Below, piece after piece: positions 27,409 through 35,821 of a stretch of DNA of 64,000 bases; position 1 is the stretch's first letter, and each line of letters begins with the position of its first letter. The stretch lies in contig CAJTZY010000006.1 of NCBI GenBank assembly GCA_910584085.1, positions 668 to 64,667 on the forward strand, in the 5' to 3' direction. This DNA comes from an uncultured Bacilli bacterium. GTDB lineage: Bacteria; Bacillota_I; Bacilli_A; RF39; UBA660. The position numbers were made by a program, and so were the translations under genes. The notes below the pieces were generated by a model, which saw only the letters and a program-made list of their open reading frames with translations, made no database searches and was not told the DNA's origin.

Positions 27409-27780
27409 TATATATTTATTTATTATTATTGCTTATTATTTATTTAAGAAATTAACAAAAGATAGTCTTTATATGCAAAACAAAATATATTATTATTTAA
27501 CACTATATTATTATAATTTTATAGTGTTTTTTATTATGCCATTATATAATTAAATAATTAATATTATATATTGAATTAACCTTTATTTTATAACAATTTT
27601 ACTATGTATGTTAACGGTCGTTTGCATACTTGACACCACCCCAACCCTATATTTTTAAAGGCATATAGGGGTGTTTTTACCTCTAAAAATCTATAAAAAA
27701 TAATAAAAGGACTATATAAATAAGCATAATTCATAAATAATCAAGCGAAAATGATTATTTTTTTATTTTGTTGTTAAAAG

Positions 27781-27800
27781 GGGAGTGAAAAGGGAGTAAA
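27781..27800 (+). repeat. 20-nt motif GGGAGTGAAAAGGGAGTAAA, copy 2
   Basis: Identical to 18881-18900. Preceded by AAAAGG, which makes a third AAAAGGG unit. Lies about 220 nt upstream of the first gene of the long rightward array. Confidence 0.8.
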
Positions 27801-28021
27801 CATAGTGATATTATACAAATAAGATGAAAACTAACATATTTATAGTAATCAAGCGGATATACAGAAATAGAGGACTAAACTCTAATAAAAAGTATATTTA
27901 GACCTTATAAAACAAAAGCAAACTAAAGATATACTGAGGGTTCAAAAATGAGCCAAAAGTGCCAAAATAGGGTTCATTTGGCGACAAGGATTTAACAAAA
28001 TAGAAAGGAAATATTCAAATA

Positions 28022-28345
28022 ATGGAGAAAGAAAAGTTAGACATACGATTTAGCAAACATGTAGAAAGAATTTTTGGAATTAAACTAACTAAATATGGCA
28101 AGTACAAAATACATAAATGGATAATTGATGAATTTGGCAGTATATATATGGCAAACAAAACATTAGACAATGATAGTTCAAGATTAGAATTTATTAGTGA
28201 CATGCTAAAACAAGAAAATTTAAAATTAGATGATATTTCAGATATAACTGAATTGTTACAAAACATAAAAAAAGAATTAAGAAAATTTAAACATAAATCT
28301 AAATATTGCCCATATTGTGGGAAAGAATTATCAAAAGAGGTGTGA
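28022..28345 (+). CDS. hypothetical protein with C-terminal zinc-ribbon motif (CPYCGKEL)
   Basis: First ORF of the rightward array. Confidence 0.5.
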   Translation: MEKEKLDIRFSKHVERIFGIKLTKYGKYKIHKWIIDEFGSIYMANKTLDNDSSRLEFISDMLKQENLKLDDISDITELLQNIKKELRKFKHKSKYCPYCGKELSKEV

Positions 28346-28346
28346 T

Positions 28347-28472
28347 ATGTTAAAAAAAATAGAAATAACGTTTTTAGGAATATTGATATTATTAATAATA
28401 TTCTTTGGATTAGGAATCGGTTTTGATAGATATGTATTAAATAATTGTGGATGTGAGGTACAAGATAAATGA
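28347..28472 (+). CDS. 41-aa membrane peptide
   Basis: Not in the track. MLKKIEITFLGILILLIIFFGLGIGFDRYVLNNCGCEVQDK. ATGA coupling to the next ORF. Confidence 0.35.
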   Translation: MLKKIEITFLGILILLIIFFGLGIGFDRYVLNNCGCEVQDK

Positions 28473-28666
28473 GATTATTTATAACGATAATGAAATACAT
28501 TTGCTTAAGTATATTAATATTTAATACATTATTCTTCGTATATTGTATATATGAAGGCAGAATTTTAACTATTATAACAAGTATAGTTAATGAATTTACA
28601 TTATATATTCAAACGATGATTTGGAATGACTTTTATGGATTAGAAAGTAGTGATATGCTGTGTTAA
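28469..28666 (+). CDS. small membrane protein
   Basis: ORF-track ORF, hydrophobic. Confidence 0.4.
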   Translation: MRLFITIMKYICLSILIFNTLFFVYCIYEGRILTIITSIVNEFTLYIQTMIWNDFYGLESSDMLC

Positions 28667-28950
28667 CATTACCAACAAAGAAAAAATGGTTTGATATGAT
28701 TAAATCTGGAGAAAAGAAAGAAGAATATAGAGAAATCAAACCTTATTACGATAGTAGATTTAAATATTATCTTGGCGGCTGGGAAATAGGTTTATTAGAT
28801 ATTAAATTTAGAAATGGATATTCAAAAAATAACCCATCAATAAAATGCAAAGTGGATATATCAAAAGGATATGGCAAACCAGAATGGGGAGCAGAACCAG
28901 GTAAATTATATTATGTTCTGAAAATATTAAGTGTAGAAGAGGTGAAATAA
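28660..28950 (+). CDS. ASCH-domain protein
   Basis: KKKWFDMIKSGEKKEEYREIKPYY matches the ASCH beta-barrel N-terminal signature. Confidence 0.55.
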   Translation: MLTLPTKKKWFDMIKSGEKKEEYREIKPYYDSRFKYYLGGWEIGLLDIKFRNGYSKNNPSIKCKVDISKGYGKPEWGAEPGKLYYVLKILSVEEVK

Positions 28951-29276
28951 TGAAAATATTAGGAATTGATGTAATTGAACCTATACCAAAACAAATAACA
29001 ATATATGAATGTCCGTATTGCACTAAAAAGTTTACGAATAAACATAGCTATTATAATCATATTTCAAAAAAATGGTGTTACAACTATGATATTAATTTTT
29101 ACAGGAAAAAAGCAGAATATGAAGCAAATAAAATTACAGAAGAAGAATACTACTTATGGCTTTTTGAAAATGATTGCTTAGATTATTTAGGATTTGATTA
29201 TGAAAAATTAGAGCAACTGAAAAATAAATTATCAAAACAATTATTTGAGAAAATAGAAAGGTTATACAATGAGTGA
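28950..29276 (+). CDS. C2H2 zinc-finger protein
   Basis: YECPYCTKKFTNKHSYYNH. Confidence 0.5.
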   Translation: MKILGIDVIEPIPKQITIYECPYCTKKFTNKHSYYNHISKKWCYNYDINFYRKKAEYEANKITEEEYYLWLFENDCLDYLGFDYEKLEQLKNKLSKQLFEKIERLYNE

Positions 29277-29694
29277 AATAATAGTTAAAAGTGTTAACTT
29301 ACAACAAGATAAAGTTGATAGATTAAATAATACAATTGAGATGAGAGATAACACTATAAAATATCAGCAAGACCAATATTTAAAATTATTAAGGAAATTA
29401 GATAATAAGGATCCGTTTGGGTTAAATAATTTACTATTTACTTATGATGAAATTATTGAAATTTTAAGAAAACAATATCATCCTTTAAAAGAATATATTG
29501 AAAGATGGTTTGGTACTTATCAAGATTTTATAGATAATGATGGATTATATTTTAGTGAAGATGGTATAGAAGTTGAAAAAGGTGATTATTGGTTAGTTAA
29601 TATAAAAACTGATTACGCTTGTAGACTTAAAAGCAAGGATAAATTAAATAGAAAAATATATGAACTAGAAAAAGATGGTGAATTAGATGATTAA
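29269..29694 (+). CDS. hypothetical protein
   Basis: Coupled ORF in the array; start overlaps the upstream stop. Confidence 0.45.
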   Translation: MSEIIVKSVNLQQDKVDRLNNTIEMRDNTIKYQQDQYLKLLRKLDNKDPFGLNNLLFTYDEIIEILRKQYHPLKEYIERWFGTYQDFIDNDGLYFSEDGIEVEKGDYWLVNIKTDYACRLKSKDKLNRKIYELEKDGELDD

Positions 29695-29956
29695 AGTAAG
29701 AGTTATGAACGAATATCAAATTGATGCATTATTAACAAGTGATATAGAAATAAATTATGATAATTTCTATAAAGATGATTTAGTATCAATGTTAAAAGTA
29801 TGTAGAGATAGATATAGAAAAAAAGACAGAGAAACAACCAATTTAAAACAAGCACTAAATGAAATAAAAGAAATTATACAACATTCAAAAGGCATGGGCT
29901 TTCAAAAAGAAAAAGATATTTTACAAATAATAGATAAAGTAGGAGATGAGAAATAA
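29687..29956 (+). CDS. hypothetical protein
   Basis: Coupled ORF in the array. Confidence 0.45.
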   Translation: MIKVRVMNEYQIDALLTSDIEINYDNFYKDDLVSMLKVCRDRYRKKDRETTNLKQALNEIKEIIQHSKGMGFQKEKDILQIIDKVGDEK

Positions 29957-30243
29957 TGACTAAAAAAGATTATATAAAAGCAGTAGATGACTTATTAAAT
30001 GGCTATGATGCTTATTACTTTATAAACAAGTATGATGATTTAGAAAATAACACACATAAAAATCAATTTGAATTATTAATTAATTTATTAAAAGATGATG
30101 AAATATCGATGAGAGCAATTAATTGGATAAAAAATTGTTATGATTGTTATTATAAAAGTAAATTTGAAAATGATGAAGAAAGTCCTTTTGCTTATTTAAA
30201 AAGTTCAATAAACAAAGTAGGAGGTAGTGAAAATGAAAAATAA
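29956..30243 (+). CDS. hypothetical protein
   Basis: Coupled ORF in the array (TAATG junction). Confidence 0.45.
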   Translation: MTKKDYIKAVDDLLNGYDAYYFINKYDDLENNTHKNQFELLINLLKDDEISMRAINWIKNCYDCYYKSKFENDEESPFAYLKSSINKVGGSENEK

Positions 30244-30646
30244 TCATTGTGATGGAAACGAGTTCGATTTTTTAATAGGAAAATCAATTATAAAAGTAGA
30301 AGAAAAAAGAGGAAGTTATAATACAGATTTATTTATTTTAACTTGTAATGATAATACAGTAATTGAAGTTGAAACAAATAATGGCTGTGGTGGATGCGGA
30401 AATGGTTGGTCCAGTTTTGATGATTTGAAAAAATTAGAGAATAATCATAATGTAATTACAAATATTAAGTGTGAATACAACAACAAATGGTGTGAAGATT
30501 ATAGCTTTAAATTATTTATTTACTATCAAGATGATATGCTAACACTTGAAGGTGATGATGGTTATGGAAACGGATATTATGGCGGTGGGTTCTATGTAAC
30601 TATTAAAAATGTTAGTGAATTAGAAAAGAGAGATAAAGATGAGTAA
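30233..30646 (+). CDS. hypothetical Cys/Gly-rich protein
   Basis: Start set to ATG 30233, 8 nt after AGGAGG. Contains NNGCGGCGNGW. Confidence 0.45.
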   Translation: MKNNHCDGNEFDFLIGKSIIKVEEKRGSYNTDLFILTCNDNTVIEVETNNGCGGCGNGWSSFDDLKKLENNHNVITNIKCEYNNKWCEDYSFKLFIYYQDDMLTLEGDDGYGNGYYGGGFYVTIKNVSELEKRDKDE

Positions 30647-30986
30647 AATAAATTTAAATGATAAATTTAGTGACATAATTATTAAATTATCAGAAGGAAA
30701 TCCAGGAGCAATGACAACATTATTTGAAATTATGAAAGTTAAAAAAAATGAAGAAATTTCATGTATTAGTACATTTTTAGTGATTGATACTATGGAATTA
30801 TATGGTAGTCATTTATATATGCTATGGAATGATTGCTGTAATAGAGATATAAATGAAACTTTAAATGTAATTAATAATTATCAATTAGGAAAAATTACTA
30901 ATATTGATATAAATGAAAGAATAAAAAATGTTGGATATGGTAAGTCATTTGCTGATTTATTAGAAAAGAGTGAAAGTAATGAATAA
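30639..30986 (+). CDS. hypothetical protein
   Basis: Coupled ORF in the array. Confidence 0.45.
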   Translation: MSKINLNDKFSDIIIKLSEGNPGAMTTLFEIMKVKKNEEISCISTFLVIDTMELYGSHLYMLWNDCCNRDINETLNVINNYQLGKITNIDINERIKNVGYGKSFADLLEKSESNE

Positions 30987-31167
30987 AGATGAACTACTAA
31001 AAATATTTGATTGGCTAGAAGAAAATGCTAATAAAAATAAATTACTATATTTTAAATTATTAGATAATAATCAAATAGGAGCGTATTTTAAAACAGACAA
31101 TCATCATTTTGCAGATTTTTATATAAGACCAATTTTACAGATAATTAGAGGTGATAAAGATGAGTGA
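30979..31167 (+). CDS. hypothetical protein
   Basis: Coupled ORF. ATG 30979 is preferred over the track GTG 30970. Confidence 0.4.
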   Translation: MNKDELLKIFDWLEENANKNKLLYFKLLDNNQIGAYFKTDNHHFADFYIRPILQIIRGDKDE

Positions 31168-31471
31168 AGAAATTGATATAAAAAACAAAATTGCTTATGT
31201 AGATAAGTATATAGCAGAAAATAATTGTGATGATTTAGTAGTAAAATATTTTGTTGATATTTTGAATTACATTTGTGAACTAGAAAATAAATTTTCTAAA
31301 CAAAGAAATCTATATAAGGAAACACAAGCAGATACTATTAATTTACAACAAAAAATTGCTGATTCTATTAATTTTTTAGATTTATTTATATCAGATGATA
31401 ATTTAAGTAAATATGATACATTAAAAATTTTGATGCACCAAAAGAAAATTTTAAAAGGAGAAGATAAATGA
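31160..31471 (+). CDS. hypothetical protein
   Basis: Coupled ORF. ATG 31160 follows AGAGGTGA. Confidence 0.45.
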   Translation: MSEEIDIKNKIAYVDKYIAENNCDDLVVKYFVDILNYICELENKFSKQRNLYKETQADTINLQQKIADSINFLDLFISDDNLSKYDTLKILMHQKKILKGEDK

Positions 31472-31713
31472 ATAAGTTAAAAATTAAAAAAATCGAAAAA
31501 TTGGGTAAATACTTATATATTTATATCAAAATACCATATTTTATTGGTTTTAAAAAAATATCTAAACAGTTAGCAAAGTATGAAGACAACGAGGCTTCTC
31601 TACATACATATATTGATATAAAAAGTAAATATGCAATACTTACTTATGTATTAAGGAATAAAGAAGATATATTGCCTTATGTTAATAACAGAAAGGTTGT
31701 AGAAGATGAATAA
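31468..31713 (+). CDS. hypothetical protein
   Basis: Coupled ORF (ATGA junction). Confidence 0.4.
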   Translation: MNKLKIKKIEKLGKYLYIYIKIPYFIGFKKISKQLAKYEDNEASLHTYIDIKSKYAILTYVLRNKEDILPYVNNRKVVEDE

Positions 31714-32071
31714 AATAGAAATACTAAGTTTATCTTATGGTAATTATGTAGCATTAGAAGATTATGAAAAAATACAACAAGAAAATAAATCATTAAGACA
31801 AGAAATAAAAATACATTCTAAAAAATCAAATGGTAGATATAAAGCAATTAAAATTTTAGAAAATCACATTAGAAAACTTAATCTAGAATGCCAAAAATAT
31901 TTTGATTTATTAATGAATAGAGATGAAGTTATTGATAAACTTATTGTAAATTGGAATTTTTTAGAAAAATATCTTGATGAAAACAAAATGGTATTAAATA
32001 ATCCTAGTATTTTTCAATTTTATTTAATACGAAAAGAAATCTTACAAAAATATAAAGGAGTAGATGATTAA
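31706..32071 (+). CDS. hypothetical coiled-coil protein
   Basis: Coupled ORF in the array. Confidence 0.45.
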   Translation: MNKIEILSLSYGNYVALEDYEKIQQENKSLRQEIKIHSKKSNGRYKAIKILENHIRKLNLECQKYFDLLMNRDEVIDKLIVNWNFLEKYLDENKMVLNNPSIFQFYLIRKEILQKYKGVDD

Positions 32072-32326
32072 ATGAGTGCTAAAGAGATGTTTGAGGAATT
32101 AGATTTTACTTTAATTAAAAATAATGAAATGATTTTAGAATATGAAAATCCTTATAATGAAACTATCTATTTTGATAAAAACGAAAAATATTATTCGTCT
32201 TATTGTCGTAATAATGAACACGATTTTGATGTTTATGCTGATGAAGCAATAATAATTAATATGAAATTACATAAAGCAATAAATAAACAAATAGAAGAAT
32301 TGGGATGGTTAAATGATAACAATTGA
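32072..32326 (+). CDS. hypothetical protein
   Basis: Coupled ORF (TAAATG junction). Confidence 0.45.
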   Translation: MSAKEMFEELDFTLIKNNEMILEYENPYNETIYFDKNEKYYSSYCRNNEHDFDVYADEAIIINMKLHKAINKQIEELGWLNDNN

Positions 32327-32501
32327 GACAAAAGAAACTGATGGAGCAGAATTAAAAATTTCTAAAGGAACACCACATATAACAATTTTATTAGGCATTG
32401 AAATGTTAATAGAGTCATTGATACAAGATAGTAGTGCCAATTTGAATATAGATGATATATTATTTGATTTGAAAAGAATATATGAAAGAGATAATAAATG
32501 A
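32313..32501 (+). CDS. hypothetical protein
   Basis: Coupled ORF in the array. Confidence 0.4.
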   Translation: MITIETKETDGAELKISKGTPHITILLGIEMLIESLIQDSSANLNIDDILFDLKRIYERDNK

Positions 32502-33001
32502 ATGAGGATTTATACGTTGTAAATAGTGATGGTGTTATAGTTGATACTATAGAATCAAATATAGGCTATGCTAAATTGTCAAGTGGAGATAGAGTATTAA
32601 GAAAAGGTACTATTCAATATTTATCAGATACAAAAGATATTAAGTATAGTTTTGCTAAAGTAAATACATTAGCTTGGAAAGAAATAGCACCTAAATACCC
32701 AATATTAAATATTTTGATACACTATATTGGTTATATGGATGGAATATTAACTTATAGAAATGGCAAAAATGTTCAAATGAAAGATATACCTAAATTATGC
32801 AATGTAAGTGAATCTACAACAAAGAGACAATTGTCTATGCTTGTTAAAGAAGATATAATCCATAAAATCAAGGATAATAAAACAACATATTTAAAATTTA
32901 ATCCATATATTGCTATGGTCGGCAAAAAAATAAATATTGAACTATACAACGAATTTAAAATGTCACAATGGCAAAATAAGATAGAGGTGTTTGAAAAATG
33001 A
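32498..33001 (+). CDS. winged-helix DNA-binding protein (RepL/MarR-like; tentative)
   Basis: wHTH-like segment MKDIPKLCNVSESTTKRQLSMLVKEDIIHKI. Size and layout resemble Firmicute RepL-type replication proteins, but this rests on pattern only. Confidence 0.3.
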   Translation: MNEDLYVVNSDGVIVDTIESNIGYAKLSSGDRVLRKGTIQYLSDTKDIKYSFAKVNTLAWKEIAPKYPILNILIHYIGYMDGILTYRNGKNVQMKDIPKLCNVSESTTKRQLSMLVKEDIIHKIKDNKTTYLKFNPYIAMVGKKINIELYNEFKMSQWQNKIEVFEK

Positions 33002-33204
33002 ATGACAAGATACAAGAAAATTTAAGACCTTTATATAATTGCTATGCTCAATATAAAATGTTATTCGATTATTATCAAGATAATAAATCAATGCGTTCAA
33101 AAGAAGAAATACAAGAGCGAATTGAATATTTAAAGAAAAATTCAAAGATAACACAACGTACAGAATTGGAAACATTGTTATGGATACTTAGTGAGGTGGA
33201 ATAA
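32998..33204 (+). CDS. hypothetical protein
   Basis: Coupled ORF in the array. Confidence 0.4.
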   Translation: MNDKIQENLRPLYNCYAQYKMLFDYYQDNKSMRSKEEIQERIEYLKKNSKITQRTELETLLWILSEVE

Positions 33205-33426
33205 ATGACTAAATTATCAATAAAACAAAAACAAACAATGGAAGCAATAGCATATTTCATAAATACAAATGGCTATCCACCAACAACAAAAGAACTATCT
33301 AAAATATTAAATACATCACCTAGTGCAGTATTTAAAAAACTAATGATATTAGAAGAAAAAGGTTATATAAAAACATCGATTGGAAAAGCAAGATCTATTG
33401 TTGTAATGAAAGGGTGGGAAGAATGA
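33205..33426 (+). CDS. LexA N-terminal-type winged-helix protein (DNA-binding domain only)
   Basis: LSIKQKQTMEAIAYFINTNGYPPTTKELSKILNTSPSAVFKKLMILEEKGYI matches the LexA DNA-binding domain. No peptidase domain is present. Confidence 0.6.
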   Translation: MTKLSIKQKQTMEAIAYFINTNGYPPTTKELSKILNTSPSAVFKKLMILEEKGYIKTSIGKARSIVVMKGWEE

Positions 33427-33635
33427 AACATAGAACATTACAAGAGTATAAAAAAGAAGTGTTTGATGAACTTACGGAAGAAAAGAAATTACAAGCAATG
33501 TATGATATGAGTAAACAATTATGTGATATTAGTGAATATATAAATAATCAAATAAATAAAAAGCGAGATCATCAGTATTCAGCTGGTTGGCAAATATTAT
33601 GGAAAATTAAAAAAATGCTAGGTGAAGAAGAATGA
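33423..33635 (+). CDS. hypothetical protein
   Basis: ATGA-coupled. ATG 33423 is preferred over the track GTG 33414. Confidence 0.4.
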   Translation: MKHRTLQEYKKEVFDELTEEKKLQAMYDMSKQLCDISEYINNQINKKRDHQYSAGWQILWKIKKMLGEEE

Positions 33636-34039
33636 AACAAAAAATAAAGCAGAGAATAATTAATTATGTTCAATCTAACTATGAATTATTAGATAAAAGC
33701 AAATTTATAAAAGGTAAGACATATTTAAATCATAGATGCCATTTGAATGCTGTTCAGGAAGCATATGATAATTCATCTAAAGTTTATTTAGTTGTATGTA
33801 TAGGTAATGATGAAGTGATTGTTCACTTTATAAATCAAGATTCAAAAGGAAATTATATTGATAATACATTAGGCTGGTATGGTAAAGAATTATATGATTA
33901 TTTCTTAATCAGGGAAGTTAACGAAAGTGAATATCATAAGATATGGAATTTATTAATTAATACTAAAAAAGCACTAATAAATACAAATTCTACTTGGCTG
34001 GAAAGAAAACTTAAATTTATTAAGGAAGATGATATTTAA
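33632..34039 (+). CDS. hypothetical protein
   Basis: Coupled ORF in the array. Confidence 0.45.
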   Translation: MKQKIKQRIINYVQSNYELLDKSKFIKGKTYLNHRCHLNAVQEAYDNSSKVYLVVCIGNDEVIVHFINQDSKGNYIDNTLGWYGKELYDYFLIREVNESEYHKIWNLLINTKKALINTNSTWLERKLKFIKEDDI

Positions 34040-34338
34040 TGCTTAATGTATCAGAATATATCCAACTCATTTTAAAAAAGAAAAAATGGACAAGCACCCG
34101 ATTGTGCCAAGAATTAAACAAAATAGAAGAACAACTAGGCGAATCCAGAACAACTGTACAAAATATATCTAATTATTTTCATGGGCAATGGAGTTTTCGA
34201 CCAAAAGTACTTGTTAAATATGAAAAGGCATTAGACTTGCCACAAAATACACTTGTATCAATGGTTGCTCCACCAAGCAGTAAAGAAGGGCAAAAAGAAT
34301 TGAAAGAAATAATGAAAAAAGTAGGTGAAATTAAATGA
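34039..34338 (+). CDS. HTH (XRE-like) protein
   Basis: LKKKKWTSTRLCQELNKIEEQLGESRTTVQNISNYFHG. Confidence 0.45.
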   Translation: MLNVSEYIQLILKKKKWTSTRLCQELNKIEEQLGESRTTVQNISNYFHGQWSFRPKVLVKYEKALDLPQNTLVSMVAPPSSKEGQKELKEIMKKVGEIK

Positions 34339-34502
34339 ATGGTTGGTTTTTAGCAATGATTATTATAAATGTTTTAAATATAGGAATTGCACTAGCAAAA
34401 CATGGTGAAACAAAAACGGAAGAATATAATGTATTTACTCAATTATTAGGTTCAGCAATAGGCTTAACAATTATTTATATGGCAATAAAGACAGGATTTT
34501 AA
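34335..34502 (+). CDS. 55-aa two-TM membrane peptide
   Basis: Not in the track. MNGWFLAMIIINVLNIGIALAKHG ... LLGSAIGLTIIYMAIKTGF. ATGA-coupled. Confidence 0.4.
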   Translation: MNGWFLAMIIINVLNIGIALAKHGETKTEEYNVFTQLLGSAIGLTIIYMAIKTGF

Positions 34503-34514
34503 GGAGGTAATTAA

Positions 34515-34721
34515 ATGAAAGACGTATTTGGAGCAATAGGAATAATTATTTTATCTATATTAGTAGTTTTACTATTAATTTCACTATCTAGTCTTATATT
34601 TTGGGGCTTAGGTAACTTTATTATATGGGTATTCAAAATTAATTATACGTGGACTATATGGCATGGTTTAGTATGTGCATTAGTATTTATATTATTGAAA
34701 GAGATATTTAATAGAAAGTAG
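34515..34721 (+). CDS. small two-TM membrane protein
   Basis: SD AGGAGG precedes the ATG. Hydrophobic. Confidence 0.5.
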   Translation: MKDVFGAIGIIILSILVVLLLISLSSLIFWGLGNFIIWVFKINYTWTIWHGLVCALVFILLKEIFNRK

Positions 34722-34728
34722 GTATTGT

Positions 34729-35079
34729 ATGAAGAAAATTATATTTGGAATAATAACTTGTTTAATTATAATATCTTGTACTGGTTGTATAGGGTATATG
34801 AATGAACAAACAAAAGAATGTGTAGTAAAAGATAAATGGATTAAAAGACCTAGTGGTAGTAATGATGAACTATATTTGATAAATTGTGGTGGTATAACAT
34901 ATAAAGTTTCAGACTTGTTATTTAAAGGTAAATTTAATAGTGCTGATATTTATGGTAATTTAGAAATTGGTAAAAAGTATAAAATAACTACTACTGGTTA
35001 TCGTTGGGGGTATTTTAGTGAATATCAAAATATAAATGATTATGAATTATTAGAGGAAGAGGTAAGAGAAAATGAATAA
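34729..35079 (+). CDS. putative lipoprotein
   Basis: Signal peptide with lipobox-like IIISCTGC. Confidence 0.5.
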   Translation: MKKIIFGIITCLIIISCTGCIGYMNEQTKECVVKDKWIKRPSGSNDELYLINCGGITYKVSDLLFKGKFNSADIYGNLEIGKKYKITTTGYRWGYFSEYQNINDYELLEEEVRENE

Positions 35080-35503
35080 TATATTAATATTTAGCCAAGA
35101 TGGACTAAGTGTATATCCATCAATGATAGGAATAGGACATAGACAAGAAATGCAAATAATTGGCGATAAAATAAAAGAGCAATTGAAAAAAAAGAATATG
35201 TCAGTAGAAGAGTTAATTGTTATTATAGGAAATAGTTATAGAAAAAATATTGAAAGAATACTTGAAAACCAAGAAATACCAACTCCAAAACTTATTGAAA
35301 GGTTAGAAAAAGCATTTGATGTTGAAAAGGACTTCTTTAAAGACAAGGAAACTTCAAATCTAGTATGTGTTCAAGGTGGTATTGTTATAGGTAAATATGA
35401 TACCAATGCAAGAGCAGAAGAAGTTAAAAATGAATTACAAAATAAGCAAAAAGAGGCACATCTAAATAACAAACAAGTTATTTATGAGATGCCAGAAAAA
35501 TAA
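35072..35503 (+). CDS. HTH-containing protein
   Basis: IKEQLKKKNMSVEELIVIIGNSYRKNIERILENQ resembles an XRE HTH. Confidence 0.4.
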   Translation: MNNILIFSQDGLSVYPSMIGIGHRQEMQIIGDKIKEQLKKKNMSVEELIVIIGNSYRKNIERILENQEIPTPKLIERLEKAFDVEKDFFKDKETSNLVCVQGGIVIGKYDTNARAEEVKNELQNKQKEAHLNNKQVIYEMPEK

Positions 35504-35521
35504 AGAAAGAAGGAATGAAAA

Positions 35522-35821
35522 ATGATAGTAAAAGCTTGCTATAAAGATAAAGATTTTGATTATTTTACAGATAAGGAAAATGGATTAGAAAGACACTATG
35601 GAGATATATTCGAGTGTTCTGATGATTTAGCGAATGAAAGAATCAAAAACAAATTTGTTAAGAAAGCAACAAAAGAGGAAGAAAAAGAATATTATGCTAA
35701 TCAAACAACAGTTGATGATGATATTCCAGTATCAACTGAACAAGAAGAACAACAAATGATTGATGACATAAATAATAATTGTACAGATGAATTAGAACAA
35801 TCAAATGGTGGTGAAGAATAG
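35522..35821 (+). CDS. hypothetical acidic protein
   Basis: ORF-track ORF with SD GAAGGAATGAAAA. Confidence 0.45.
   Translation: MIVKACYKDKDFDYFTDKENGLERHYGDIFECSDDLANERIKNKFVKKATKEEEKEYYANQTTVDDDIPVSTEQEEQQMIDDINNNCTDELEQSNGGEE

Noticed and set aside
27100-27560. AT-rich repeat tract as a definite replication origin tied to the RepL-like gene.
   Set aside because: Only 2.6 tandem 13-mers and generic A/T repeats are visible. The RepL-like assignment is weak and the gene is 5 kb away. I report it as a repeat only.
18881-27800. The 20-nt perfect direct repeats as att sites of a nested mobile element.
   Set aside because: The enclosed 8.9 kb contains core phage genes (RuvC-like resolvase, terS) and only half of the accessory region. 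The repeats sit at the heads of transcription units and share a core with the hairpin loops, which fits regulation better than recombination.
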